A stretch of 56,259 nt of DNA from Candidatus Omnitrophota bacterium (GCA_041650295.1 JBAZLM010000007.1:1-56259); one strand, 5' to 3'; shown: positions 8,886 to 18,434, counted from the first letter of the stretch. Translations and numbers: made by a program. The notes: generated from the sequence alone by a model not told the origin.

Positions 8886-9554
8886 TTATAAAATTATTTT
8901 TTTAACTTCCTGTATAATTTTGTACCTTAAATTATCTAAAGTATAGGTATACGGATCAAAACTAGAAATCTTATCCGCCAAAATCTTATCCCCTATAGAA
9001 TTCTCTATCCAAAATGAAAAATCATTGGTTTTCTTTTCCAGCCGAAGGCGAGATTCAAAAATATGAAAATAAATTGAATCAATGGTTACTTTTTCTAAAA
9101 TCTCAATAAATTCCCCTAAATCATAGGCGCGATAATTTGTAGGAAGAATAAAACTAACTGATTTAATAAAATGGAATTCTTCTCCAGAACGTGCAAATTT
9201 AATTTTTGCTAAAGGATTAGCTATTAAATAATCTTCAATAGTAGAAACAATAACTTGCCGTAAAGCAGAAATATTAGAATATTGAATTGTATCAATACTA
9301 ATTAATCTTTCTCCCAACTCGTCTTCGCCGAGAATATCAGTAATCCAAAAAGCAAAATCGTTGGGAGGTTCCGGGGACAGATACTGATGCTGTTGTAAAA
9401 ATCTGTGCGTGTGATGATAGATGCAAGAGCCCGGCACTTCTTTAATCAATGTTAAAAATTGACCTAAAGTAGAAGCGCGTAAACCGGTTAATTCCGATAA
9501 GTGTAACCTAGTGCAAAAATTAAACGGCTCTTTAGCTTTAATTAATTCTGGCAT
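8886..9554 (-). CDS. Conserved hypothetical protein with internal tandem duplication (possibly DUF5752-like)
   Basis: 222 aa in two similar halves, each with an NDF(A/S)FWI...LG/IG motif. Wedged between otsB and treT with 1-4 nt gaps. Confidence 0.6.
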   Translation of the reverse strand: MPELIKAKEPFNFCTRLHLSELTGLRASTLGQFLTLIKEVPGSCIYHHTHRFLQQHQYLSPEPPNDFAFWITDILGEDELGERLISIDTIQYSNISALRQVIVSTIEDYLIANPLAKIKFARSGEEFHFIKSVSFILPTNYRAYDLGEFIEILEKVTIDSIYFHIFESRLRLEKKTNDFSFWIENSIGDKILADKISSFDPYTYTLDNLRYKIIQEVKKIIL

Positions 9555-9558
9555 AAAA

Positions 9559-10356
9559 TTAGTTAAGGCACATTTGATTGACCCAACGTAAGAATTTTGT
9601 TACTTCTTGAGGATTTTTTAAATAATATTTAGCTTGTGAATTGCCTGGCTTTCCCACAAATATAGTTAATCCCTTATTTTTCAAAGCTTTAAAAGCATCT
9701 TCGTCAGTAACATCATCTCCAATATACACAGAAACAATCTTCTCTGCTTTTAAAAAGGTTCTTCGTTTGGCTAAAAGCCACATAACAACTTTACCTTTAT
9801 CCCATTTAATGGAAGGTCTAATCTCAAGTAACATTTTACCTTTTTTAATTATAATTTTATTCCTTACTGAATGAATAGAAGTAATTTTATAAAAAATCTT
9901 CTTTATAAAAGAAACTTGCTTTAAATCCGCCATTCTAAAATGCAAAGATAAAGAAAGTTTTTTATCTTCTACGATTACTCCTTTTACTCCAAAAAGTTCC
10001 TTTTTAAGTTGCGCTTTAACTGACTGCAAAAGTTTGCGATACTCTAAAGAAGTAGTTAATTCCTGCTTAATTTTCGGCCCCTCTATCTGTAAACCATGAT
10101 TGCCGGAATAAATAAGATTCTTTAGGTTTATTTTTTTCTTAATATTATCTAATTCTCTTCCGCTAATAATTGCTATCTTACAGTTAGATTTATTAGCTAA
10201 TGAATTTAGCAACGCTTTTGTTTTTTGGGGAATAACTGCTTGATCCGGGGTGTTAGCGATAGGCGCTAAAGTACCATCGCAATCAAGAAATAAGAATAAA
10301 AACTTACCTTTTAAATTTTTGTTTATCTCTTTTAGATTACTGAATACATAGCGCAT
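9559..10356 (-). CDS. otsB: Trehalose-6-phosphate phosphatase
   Basis: 265 aa. HAD motifs FLDCDGTLAPI and GDDVTDEDAF. Confidence 0.9.
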   Translation of the reverse strand: MRYVFSNLKEINKNLKGKFLFLFLDCDGTLAPIANTPDQAVIPQKTKALLNSLANKSNCKIAIISGRELDNIKKKINLKNLIYSGNHGLQIEGPKIKQELTTSLEYRKLLQSVKAQLKKELFGVKGVIVEDKKLSLSLHFRMADLKQVSFIKKIFYKITSIHSVRNKIIIKKGKMLLEIRPSIKWDKGKVVMWLLAKRRTFLKAEKIVSVYIGDDVTDEDAFKALKNKGLTIFVGKPGNSQAKYYLKNPQEVTKFLRWVNQMCLN

Positions 10357-10364
10357 TATTTAAA

Positions 10365-11414
10365 TTATTTTTCCTGCTCATAGTTTATTGCTCTAATAGG
10401 ATAAGGAATATTAATTCCTTCCTGGATATAACGCTTGTGTAATCTTTTAACAAACTCATGTTTTATTAAATATTGATCGACAAACTCCTTTGCTCTCAAT
10501 ATAACTGTAAATTTTATGCATGAATCTCCAAAAGTATGGTAACGAATAAACGGATCAAAATGAGCCACCCCTCCGGCTACCTCCACCATAGTGGCTTTAG
10601 CCACTTCACAAGTAACTTTTTCAACGTTTTCCAAATCGCTTTTATAATGCACCCTTAGATCTACTAAAACTGCCATTTCCTTATCCGGTAAACAATAATT
10701 AATAATTATCGCTTTGTTTAATTTATCATTGGGAATAAGTACAAGATTATTGGGTAACATTTTAATCTTTGTTGAACGCCAATTAATATCAACTACATAT
10801 CCTTCTTCTCCTGTTTCTAATTTAATAAAATCACCCACTCTTACTTGTTTAGCTACGCTAATATGAAAACCCGCGAAAAGATTAGCTAAAGTATCTTGAA
10901 GAGCCAAAGCAACCGCCAAGCCACCCACTCCTAAAGTAGCCAGTATCGGAGTTATGGATATTCCTAATGTATTAAGAATTACTAATAATCCTATTGAAAA
11001 AATAAAAATTTTAGCAATATTCTGCGTTAAACTAGTAACCTGCACTGTAGAATCCGCTCTGGCAGCATAAATTTTTATTACTGCAGATATCGAATTTGCC
11101 ACAGCCAACATCACAGAAAAAATACCTAAAACAAAAATACTTTTACCTACAATTTGTACAATATTCTCAGCCAATTTAGAAAATTGCAGTGCAAAATACA
11201 AAGCCAAAATAAAACATAAAACCAACACCGGACCTTTAATTGCCTGAACAATAATATCATCAATTTGCGTAGTCGTTTTTCTAGACCAATATAAAAAACG
11301 CTTAAAAATTATCTGTTTGATAATAATTCCTGCACATAAAACTGCGATAAAAACAATCAACGGCATAAATATATCGATTAAACTTAAAGCTTTAACAAAA
11401 AGTTCTTTACTCAT
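10365..11414 (-). CDS. MscS-family mechanosensitive channel
   Basis: ATG 11414 with an AAGGAG RBS. TM helices, TQIDD motif, and the pore helix plus beta-domain pattern GVGGLAVALALQDTLANLFAG...VGDFI. Confidence 0.9.
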   Translation of the reverse strand: MSKELFVKALSLIDIFMPLIVFIAVLCAGIIIKQIIFKRFLYWSRKTTTQIDDIIVQAIKGPVLVLCFILALYFALQFSKLAENIVQIVGKSIFVLGIFSVMLAVANSISAVIKIYAARADSTVQVTSLTQNIAKIFIFSIGLLVILNTLGISITPILATLGVGGLAVALALQDTLANLFAGFHISVAKQVRVGDFIKLETGEEGYVVDINWRSTKIKMLPNNLVLIPNDKLNKAIIINYCLPDKEMAVLVDLRVHYKSDLENVEKVTCEVAKATMVEVAGGVAHFDPFIRYHTFGDSCIKFTVILRAKEFVDQYLIKHEFVKRLHKRYIQEGINIPYPIRAINYEQEK

Positions 11415-11428
11415 CAATACTCCTTAAA

Positions 11429-13666
11429 TTATATTTTTTTTAAAGCAACCAATTCTGTAATAATATCAGCAGCCCAACGAAAAATATTGTTTTCAGTTAT
11501 AATTTTACGCATATTTTCCATACGTCTTTCTTTTTCTTCTTTAGGCATCTCAATCGCTAGTTTTATTCGATCAGCAAACTCCTCAGTCGAATACGGATTA
11601 ACTAAAATTGCATCTGTAAGTTCGCGAGCCGCCCCTGTAAATTGGCTTAAAATTAATGCTCCAGATAAATCATCTTTTTCGGCAACATACTCTTTGGCCA
11701 CGAGATTCATCCCATCATGAAGTGAGCTAACAATACAAATATCTCCTAACTTATAATAAGGCTGTATATCATCTTGTGAAAAATGCTTTTTAAGATAAAT
11801 AATTGGCTTCCAATTTCCGTCTACATGCTTCCAATTAATCTTTTCCACCAATTCATCAATCTCCCCGATTAAATCATGATAACGCTTAATATGCGTACGG
11901 CTGGGAGCAGCTAACTGGATAAAAACAAATTTCTTTTTATATTCCGGATATTTGTCTAAAAATCTATCCACAGCTAAAATTCTTTCAACTATTCCCTTAG
12001 TATAATCTATTCTATCTACCCCCACAGCAACTATTTGATCCTTTAATCCAAACTCTTTCTTTAATTTTTCTACTTCTCTTATCGGATCAATTTTAAACGA
12101 ACCATCTCCAATGCGCGAATTAATACTAATCGGAAAGGCTCTAACAAAAGTTTCTTTGCCTGAACGCACTACACTAAATTTCTCTGTATCTACCCGCGAC
12201 TCCAATAAACGATTAGCCGTATCTAAAAAATTATTGCAATGATTCTGCACATGAAAACCGATTAAATCACTTCCTAATATCCCTTCTAAAATTTCATTCT
12301 GATAAGGACAGATCATAAAAGCCTCAGGAGTTGGCCAAGGTATGTGCCAGAATAAAGCAATCATAGCATCGGGACGCTTATCCTTGATCATTTTTGGCAG
12401 AAGCGTAAAATGATAATCCTGCACAAAAATAAACGGACTTTTTACCGGCAGTTCCTCTAAAACGCTATCCGCAAATTTCTGATTTACTTCTTTATACATA
12501 AGCCAGTCTGATTCTTTAAAAATCGGACGCGTATGCGTGTTATGACATAACGGCCACAACCCTTCGTTTGAAAATCCATAATAATAGCCTTGCTCTTCAG
12601 CTTTGTTTAACCAAACCCTTTTAAGAATATACCGATTATCTTCCGGAGGAACGCCTAATTTATCTTTAGAATTAACAAACTTTTTGTCAAAATTACCACT
12701 GCCATGAGCAACCCAAGTTCCGCCACAAGCAGAAAGAATAGGATGAATTGCTGTAACCACACCACTGGCAGGCCTAATACATGAGGTTTTTCCGGAACTT
12801 TCTTCAAAGATATGCATATAAGGCTCTCGATTAGAAACAACAAACAATGCATTATCTCCTAACTTCGCATGAATAAGCCCTTTAAGTTTTTCTTCAGTCC
12901 AAAGTTCTTCTTTTTGTATGCGCGCATGTGCTTCATCGGAAATAGTTCTGCGTGCCACTCTTATGCTTAGCGCCACTTGCTCAACTTCACTAATCAATTT
13001 ACCAAATTCACCTTTTTCAGCAAAGGGGCGTAATTTATCAGTCTCTCCCCTTTGAAAATGGGTAAACCATTGGGTTAATTTGCGCACCGGCACAATAAAA
13101 ATCTGCCTTTGAATTAACAGCGCCGTTAACACTATTAATAAAATTAATACGATAGAATTAACACTAATTTTTTTCCATAATTCTGTTAAGGTAGTAAACA
13201 TGTAGGAAGTATCATAGATTACTTCTACCATGCCTAACAAGCTTTCATCATCATTTAAAATTGGTAAAATATAACTATATACAGAATACTCATTAAATTT
13301 TTCCAAAATTCCCAAAGCAGTTTTCGAAGCTAAAACTTCCTTAAGATAAGGCCGTTCTCTTTGTTTAAAATCGGAAAACCTTTCCGTAATTGCTAATATC
13401 TTGCCTTCTTTATCATAAATTACGCAACCTTGTAATCTTTCTCTTTTTTGAAAGCTATCTACCAGGCGATTGGCTTGTTTTAAATCATTATTAATAAGAA
13501 TATACTTAGCCGATAACTCCATACTTTCGTCTACAGACTTAGCTTTTCTTTTTAAATCGTCCATAAGCTTTTCTTCTGTAAAACGAGCCTGCATAACTCC
13601 AGAAACAGCAAAACCAAGTGCCACTAAAATTAATATCGGTAAAACAAACAATAGGATTCTTTTCAC
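11429..13666 (-). CDS. otsA: Membrane sensor-HAMP domain fused to trehalose-6-phosphate synthase (GT20)
   Basis: 745 aa, GTG start with a GGAGG RBS. Order: TM1, about 140-aa extracytoplasmic domain, TM2, HAMP-like PVRKLTQW...GEFGKLISEV, then GT20 motifs VSNREPY, GLWPLCH, VQDYHF, FWHIPWP, DGMNLVAKEY. Confidence 0.9.
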   Translation of the reverse strand: MKRILLFVLPILILVALGFAVSGVMQARFTEEKLMDDLKRKAKSVDESMELSAKYILINNDLKQANRLVDSFQKRERLQGCVIYDKEGKILAITERFSDFKQRERPYLKEVLASKTALGILEKFNEYSVYSYILPILNDDESLLGMVEVIYDTSYMFTTLTELWKKISVNSIVLILLIVLTALLIQRQIFIVPVRKLTQWFTHFQRGETDKLRPFAEKGEFGKLISEVEQVALSIRVARRTISDEAHARIQKEELWTEEKLKGLIHAKLGDNALFVVSNREPYMHIFEESSGKTSCIRPASGVVTAIHPILSACGGTWVAHGSGNFDKKFVNSKDKLGVPPEDNRYILKRVWLNKAEEQGYYYGFSNEGLWPLCHNTHTRPIFKESDWLMYKEVNQKFADSVLEELPVKSPFIFVQDYHFTLLPKMIKDKRPDAMIALFWHIPWPTPEAFMICPYQNEILEGILGSDLIGFHVQNHCNNFLDTANRLLESRVDTEKFSVVRSGKETFVRAFPISINSRIGDGSFKIDPIREVEKLKKEFGLKDQIVAVGVDRIDYTKGIVERILAVDRFLDKYPEYKKKFVFIQLAAPSRTHIKRYHDLIGEIDELVEKINWKHVDGNWKPIIYLKKHFSQDDIQPYYKLGDICIVSSLHDGMNLVAKEYVAEKDDLSGALILSQFTGAARELTDAILVNPYSTEEFADRIKLAIEMPKEEKERRMENMRKIITENNIFRWAADIITELVALKKI

Positions 13667-13925
13667 TTAATTTGCCTCCTTAAAAACAAAAACCGCAACC
13701 CTGTATAATAAACATGCCTATGCAAACATATACAAGATGGCGGCCCGACCACCTAAACTATCCTCTGAAAATATATAAATATTTCAGACCCAGTTACTTA
13801 ATCTTTTACCATTTTATTTTACTTTGTTTTTAACCTTTAAGCAAGGTAAAATAAAAGCATGCTGATTACTAATAAATCTGAAATTAATTAAAAATTAAAT
13901 ACAAGATGCTGCCAATTATAAATAA

Positions 13926-14786
13926 TTATAAAGTTTTATCTTTAGCAAGCCTTATTTGCGGTAAAGGCAGGTTCGTTTCTTTAAATTTTTGTATTAATTT
14001 CTCCCTTAGCTCGCACCGTAAATCCCAAGCCTTGGCGGAATCTGCAGCTTTACATAATATTCTTAAAACCATAGTTTTTTCTGTAAAATCGACTACCTGA
14101 ACTACAGCTAATCTTTCTGCGGTAGAATTTTTACTTACCTCTACAATTTCTTTCGCCCAAACTTTAATCTTCTCAATATCACAAGTATAATCTACATACA
14201 TCATAACCGTACCAATTAAAGAGGGGTCCTTAATTGTCCAATTTTCAATTACTTCGTTTACCATTATATTATTAGGGACAACTATCCTTCTATTATCCCA
14301 AGTACGTATAATCGTGTGCATCAAGGCTATCTCTTCTACCCAGCCCCAGTCATTTCTAAAAATAACCGCATCATCTAAGCGCACCGGCTGAGAAAAAGAA
14401 ATACAAATCCCGCCGATGATATTAGAAAGAGTATTCTGCGCGGCCAAGCCAATAACTACCCCTGCAATACCAGCTGAAGCCAAAAGCGCTGTCCCAATAT
14501 GACGCATCGCTTCGAACTGCTGCAAAAAAATTACAAAAGCAAATAAGTAAATACCTGTCTCTATGATTCTACGAATTATTGTTATCTTGGTTTCAACTGC
14601 GGAAGCCCCCACCATCCCCGCTTTTTTAAATCTGGCTATAACTCTTTTCTGAAGATGGTACAAAGATACCGCTGCTAATTTAGTTAGCACAACAGCAATA
14701 AAAACTATAATAAAAGACATTAATATTTTAGGAAATGTTTTGTGGCCAACAATTACATAAACGCTATTTAGAATTTTATCGAACAT
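13926..14786 (-). CDS. MscS-family mechanosensitive channel
   Basis: Trimmed to ATG 14786 (GGGAGGTGGGA RBS). GIAGVVIGLAAQNTLSNIIGG...LDDAV pattern. Confidence 0.85.
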   Translation of the reverse strand: MFDKILNSVYVIVGHKTFPKILMSFIIVFIAVVLTKLAAVSLYHLQKRVIARFKKAGMVGASAVETKITIIRRIIETGIYLFAFVIFLQQFEAMRHIGTALLASAGIAGVVIGLAAQNTLSNIIGGICISFSQPVRLDDAVIFRNDWGWVEEIALMHTIIRTWDNRRIVVPNNIMVNEVIENWTIKDPSLIGTVMMYVDYTCDIEKIKVWAKEIVEVSKNSTAERLAVVQVVDFTEKTMVLRILCKAADSAKAWDLRCELREKLIQKFKETNLPLPQIRLAKDKTL

Positions 14787-14823
14787 TCCCACCTCCCAGC
14801 CTAAAATCTTTATCAATTAAATA

Positions 14824-14931
14824 TTAGTTAGAAGTGCCGCTAAAAACAATAAAAAGAATAGTTACCGCAACGATCACCACTACTATTAAGAAATGAAAAA
14901 AATACTTATGTTTTATAATTCGCTCAAACAT
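14824..14931 (-). CDS. Possible 35-aa single-TM peptide
   Basis: My translation: MFERIIKHKYFFHFLIVVVIVAVTILFIVFSGTSN. ATG lies 5 nt after the upstream stop, with AGAGGG 9 nt upstream. No homology evidence. Confidence 0.25.
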   Translation of the reverse strand: MFERIIKHKYFFHFLIVVVIVAVTILFIVFSGTSN

Positions 14932-14935
14932 TATT

Positions 14936-15418
14936 TTACCCTCTTGCGCAAACTTTCTTACGGATATCCCCGAGTTTTCCGAAACAAATAAGCCTATCAC
15001 CTAAAATAAACTTAGTATCCGTAGTAGGATTAGGAGTTATTTTGCCATCTCGTTCTATTGCCAAAATTAAAATATCGAATTTTGTTAAATCAGCCTCTAT
15101 AAGATTTTTATTTAAAACCGGGCTTTCCTTGCAAACTTCGATCCGCGAAACCCCATAGCCGCCAGTGGCTACAACAAGTTCTTCAAAAGAAACTGGTTCA
15201 ATAATCTGTCTTCTAATTATATGGGCTCTTAAAATACTGGTTATTTTTGCAGCAAGTCTAGTGTTAATAACAACCCTATATATTACAAAAACACCCAAGA
15301 TAATAATTACCAAATTCACCCCCGGTACCAAATAAGGAGGAACGATCGAATGCACAAAAGGAATTGTGTATGCGGTCACCAAATCATTGCGCAGCGAATT
15401 AGCAAAAGTAGCAACCAA
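14936..15418 (-). CDS. TrkA-C domain membrane protein, C-terminal part of a gene interrupted by an in-frame TGA
   Basis: 160 aa starting at TTG. TM segments, then a TrkA-C-like fold (GVSRIEV...LIEADL...ILILAIERDGK...GDRLICFG). Same frame as 15437-15652. Confidence 0.6.
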   Translation of the reverse strand: MVATFANSLRNDLVTAYTIPFVHSIVPPYLVPGVNLVIIILGVFVIYRVVINTRLAAKITSILRAHIIRRQIIEPVSFEELVVATGGYGVSRIEVCKESPVLNKNLIEADLTKFDILILAIERDGKITPNPTTDTKFILGDRLICFGKLGDIRKKVCARG

Positions 15419-15436
15419 TGTTACAAATCCCGCATG

Positions 15437-15652
15437 TCATAAAATGATAAGGGCAGATGCAATTTTTCTTCTTTGAGGATTGCTAGTAACCAACTCAGAC
15501 TCGCGAGTCGTAAACCCTGTCCCGGTAAAGCAAGACAATGCTTGGAATTTAGCTAAAGGCCAAGGTAAACCGGTGATTTGAAACGCAATCGCTCCGATTC
15601 TTACTGTGATAAAAGAAACCCCAATGATTATAAGAAATAATAGTAAATTCAT
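15437..15652 (-). CDS. N-terminal membrane part of the interrupted TrkA-C ion-transport protein
   Basis: 71 aa with a TM helix plus a re-entrant-like SCFTGTGFTTRESE segment. Ends at TGA 15437-15439, in frame with the next ORF. Confidence 0.55.
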   Translation of the reverse strand: MNLLLFLIIIGVSFITVRIGAIAFQITGLPWPLAKFQALSCFTGTGFTTRESELVTSNPQRRKIASALIIL

Positions 15653-16026
15653 AAAATTAACCTTTCTTAAGATTTATTATCTTACCTATCTGCAAATTTG
15701 CAAGTCTTTTCGCACCCTCAAGATTATTCTAATATTTCAAAACCAGGATCAGGCACAAAATAGCTCATTTTTTAGAAGATTGCTATAATTTGTTAAAATT
15801 AGCTGTATTATGGGGTGAGGTAATTTAATTCACAGGACAGAAAATTTGTCGAATAAATTGCTGTTACGAACGATAATTTATCTTTAATTATAGATACTTT
15901 TTTATCGATAAACATACCTATAAAGCACACACCGGCAAAAATCCAGCAAAATGCCAGTTTTGATCCCCTAAAATATTAAGCTCTTAAAAACTTAGAGATA
16001 ACAGCACAATCCGGCAGAGACCACAA

Positions 16027-17148
16027 TTAATTACTCTTGCCATTTGTAAGAAACATCAAAAAATTCTGTTTAAGCCGTGATTTTTTCATGAACTTTGCTA
16101 CAACCGCAAATGCTTTTTTTGCTAACCGGCCTCTCAACCGGCAATCCTTGATTAAAATTTCAAATTTACGAATAAAATCATCCTTGTTGATATCAAAAAA
16201 TAACGCCGCATCGTTAAATTTTTCTAATACCGGAAGGCGATTTAAAAGAAGCGCTGTATTGCAAAGCGCACTCTCGTGAGTACTCAAAGAAAATGATTCA
16301 CTTAAAGAACTATTAATATAGATGTCGCTAAGATAATAATACTGGAACAGTTCTTTCTTGTTCAGAAATCGCTTGTAAAAGAACTGCTGCGGGAATTGTC
16401 TGCCCACCCTCAAAAGTTGGCGGTAAAGATCTGGTTCAAGCCATCGACCTACAAAAAATAACTTCAGATTCTTATTCCTTGTTAAGATCTGGGGCACTCG
16501 ATCCAGTACGATATGAGCACCTTTTATTTTTTCCAGCCTCCCCACATAAAGCGAAACGACGTCATCTTTGCCGATATTGTGTTCGCTTTTAATCTGTTCT
16601 AATATCTCTTTTTTAAGGGGAAATCGTTCAATTGTATTTTCGATCAACACCACTTTCTCCAAAAATACCGGGAAATAACGGGCAAAATTCTCATATTCAT
16701 AAGCCGAAGGACAAATAATCTTATCCGCAATTTGTATCATCCTCTCCTGATTGTAAAGAAAATTATTCAGCGTACGGAACCCGGATTCCTTTTCCCTTCT
16801 TAATATGCTATGGAAATGATAAATAATCTGGGGTCTCCTGCCCTTACGGTTTTTAATCGCTTTTAATTCTTTCGTCCAGTTAACAAAATGATGGATTATA
16901 TAACCAAATTTGCACCAATCGTATTCTTTCAAAAAGTTATTCAAACTATGATAATTCTGGATGGTATCATCTGGAAGCAATAACTTCACTGGCTGTCTTC
17001 TGGTAAATCCCGCAGTAATTAAAACATATGGCTCATAACCTAAACTCAACAGCGCATTTCTGCATTGTTTGACGATTTGGCCAACTCCTCCACAATAGGA
17101 TTTGCCGGAAGGATACTCGAAAGAAATAAAAAGCACTTTTTTCATCAT
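16027..17148 (-). CDS. GT4 (group 1) glycosyltransferase
   Basis: Trimmed to ATG 17148 (AGGAG RBS). N-terminus MMKKVLFISFEYPSGKSYCGGVG and a GT-B C-terminal half. Confidence 0.85.
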   Translation of the reverse strand: MMKKVLFISFEYPSGKSYCGGVGQIVKQCRNALLSLGYEPYVLITAGFTRRQPVKLLLPDDTIQNYHSLNNFLKEYDWCKFGYIIHHFVNWTKELKAIKNRKGRRPQIIYHFHSILRREKESGFRTLNNFLYNQERMIQIADKIICPSAYEYENFARYFPVFLEKVVLIENTIERFPLKKEILEQIKSEHNIGKDDVVSLYVGRLEKIKGAHIVLDRVPQILTRNKNLKLFFVGRWLEPDLYRQLLRVGRQFPQQFFYKRFLNKKELFQYYYLSDIYINSSLSESFSLSTHESALCNTALLLNRLPVLEKFNDAALFFDINKDDFIRKFEILIKDCRLRGRLAKKAFAVVAKFMKKSRLKQNFLMFLTNGKSN

Positions 17149-17265
17149 TTTAACTCCTTTAATTAACTTGATAAAACAGATTGAGCCGGAAAATTTACTT
17201 TGGCGGATTTTAAAAAATAAAAACCGTTGATCTTCTTGATCCGCAGACAAACATTGAGGAAGATT

Positions 17266-18057
17266 TTATATCTTGTTCAAATACAACATCTGCGTAAGAT
17301 AGGCAAACTCTATTTTACGTTTCTCAAATTCTTCCTTGATCGCAAAATTGATCTCCTGCTGAATATCCATATACTTGTTATAATCAGGACTTAAAACAAA
17401 ATAGACGACCTCAAAAATAAGACTAAAATCTCCATAGCTAAAGAAATGAGCTCGATCAAAAGCCGTGTCTTTAGTATCCTTTATAACTTTTTCGATAACC
17501 TTTGGCATTTCCTTTAGCTGACTAAGAGAAGTTTGATATGTCACGCCTAAACTGAATACAACACGCCTTTTTTCCATACGTTTATAATTGCGCACACGTG
17601 AATCCGTAAGATCCGTATTAGAAAATATCACCTGCTCCCCGCCCAAACTGCGCAGGCGGGTCGTTTTAATCCCAATATACTCAACCGTGCCCATGAAATC
17701 ACCGATAATTATAAAATCACCCAACTTAAAAGGCCGGTCAAAGACTATTGAGAAATAACTAAAGAAATCCTTAAGCAATGCCTGTGCGGCTATCGCGACG
17801 GCGATACCACCGATACCTAGGCCAGCAATCATTGTCGTAACCTTGAAGCCGATATTATCTAAGAAAATTATTAACGCAAGCGCCCATACCAAAAATTTCA
17901 CTACATTAGACATTCCATCGAGACTGCGCACTAACGTAGGATCTTCTTGCTTTTTTGTTAGATACGCATTCAAACTATAACCTAATAACAAAATAATTAT
18001 GCGTGCGGCAAAAAAAGTGATTACGGCTAACTCTACGACATTAATCACCTCATCCAT
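17266..18057 (-). pseudogene. MscS-family channel, pore and cytoplasmic part of a frameshifted gene
   Basis: 263 aa. GLGIGGIAVAIAAQALLKDFFS...KLGDFI pattern. No RBS before its ATG. The upstream reading frame stays open across the junction. Confidence 0.6.
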
Positions 18058-18071
18058 CTTGAAAGGTAGTT

Positions 18072-18317
18072 TTATATTTTCAGGCTTAGGTACAAACAGC
18101 TAAGGTATAAAACAGGCAAAACGATCCGCTCCAAGATCGTTACCACCAAATCATCGATTGTCGTGATTGTTTTTTCGGCAAATTTCTTAAGACGCCCGAT
18201 AATCATGCGGACAACCACTTTGACAAACACTAAACTGACGAATAACGTTACTAAAGCGATGAGATAATTCCAAAGGCTGTTGCCAAAGAAGACCTGGTCA
18301 AGAATTTTTAAATCCAT
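18072..18317 (-). pseudogene. MscS-family channel, N-terminal TM1-TM2 fragment of the same frameshifted gene
   Basis: 81 aa with a good RBS. The TTIDDLVV motif equals the TQIDDIIV motif of the intact paralogue at 10365-11414. Stops 14 nt (not a multiple of 3) before the next ATG. Confidence 0.6.
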
Positions 18318-18434
18318 TTTAACTCCTTTTTAATTCAAAATCATTATATCGTAAACCGATTCTCACTTTTTCAAAATAAAAAACCGCCATTCTGTTATAT
18401 CCGATTAACGAAAACTCCAACACCTGTTATTTCA

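Noticed and set aside
15437-15439. Alternative genetic code (TGA as a sense codon) or selenocysteine as the explanation for the in-frame TGA.
   Set aside because: TGA ends several well-supported genes here (3111, 21163, 29421, 32597, three of them in ATGA overlaps). I saw no convincing SECIS-like hairpin just downstream, no tRNA with a UCA anticodon and no sel genes in the window. It cannot be fully excluded without the genome.
15691-15702. The perfect 12-bp palindrome TGCAAATTTGCA upstream of the TrkA-C gene, together with the recurring TGCTTGCAAT strings at about 28028-28037 and 28894-28903.
   Set aside because: These are most simply explained as TTGCAA/TTGCTT -35 hexamers of AT-rich sigma70-type promoters, not as a dedicated operator.
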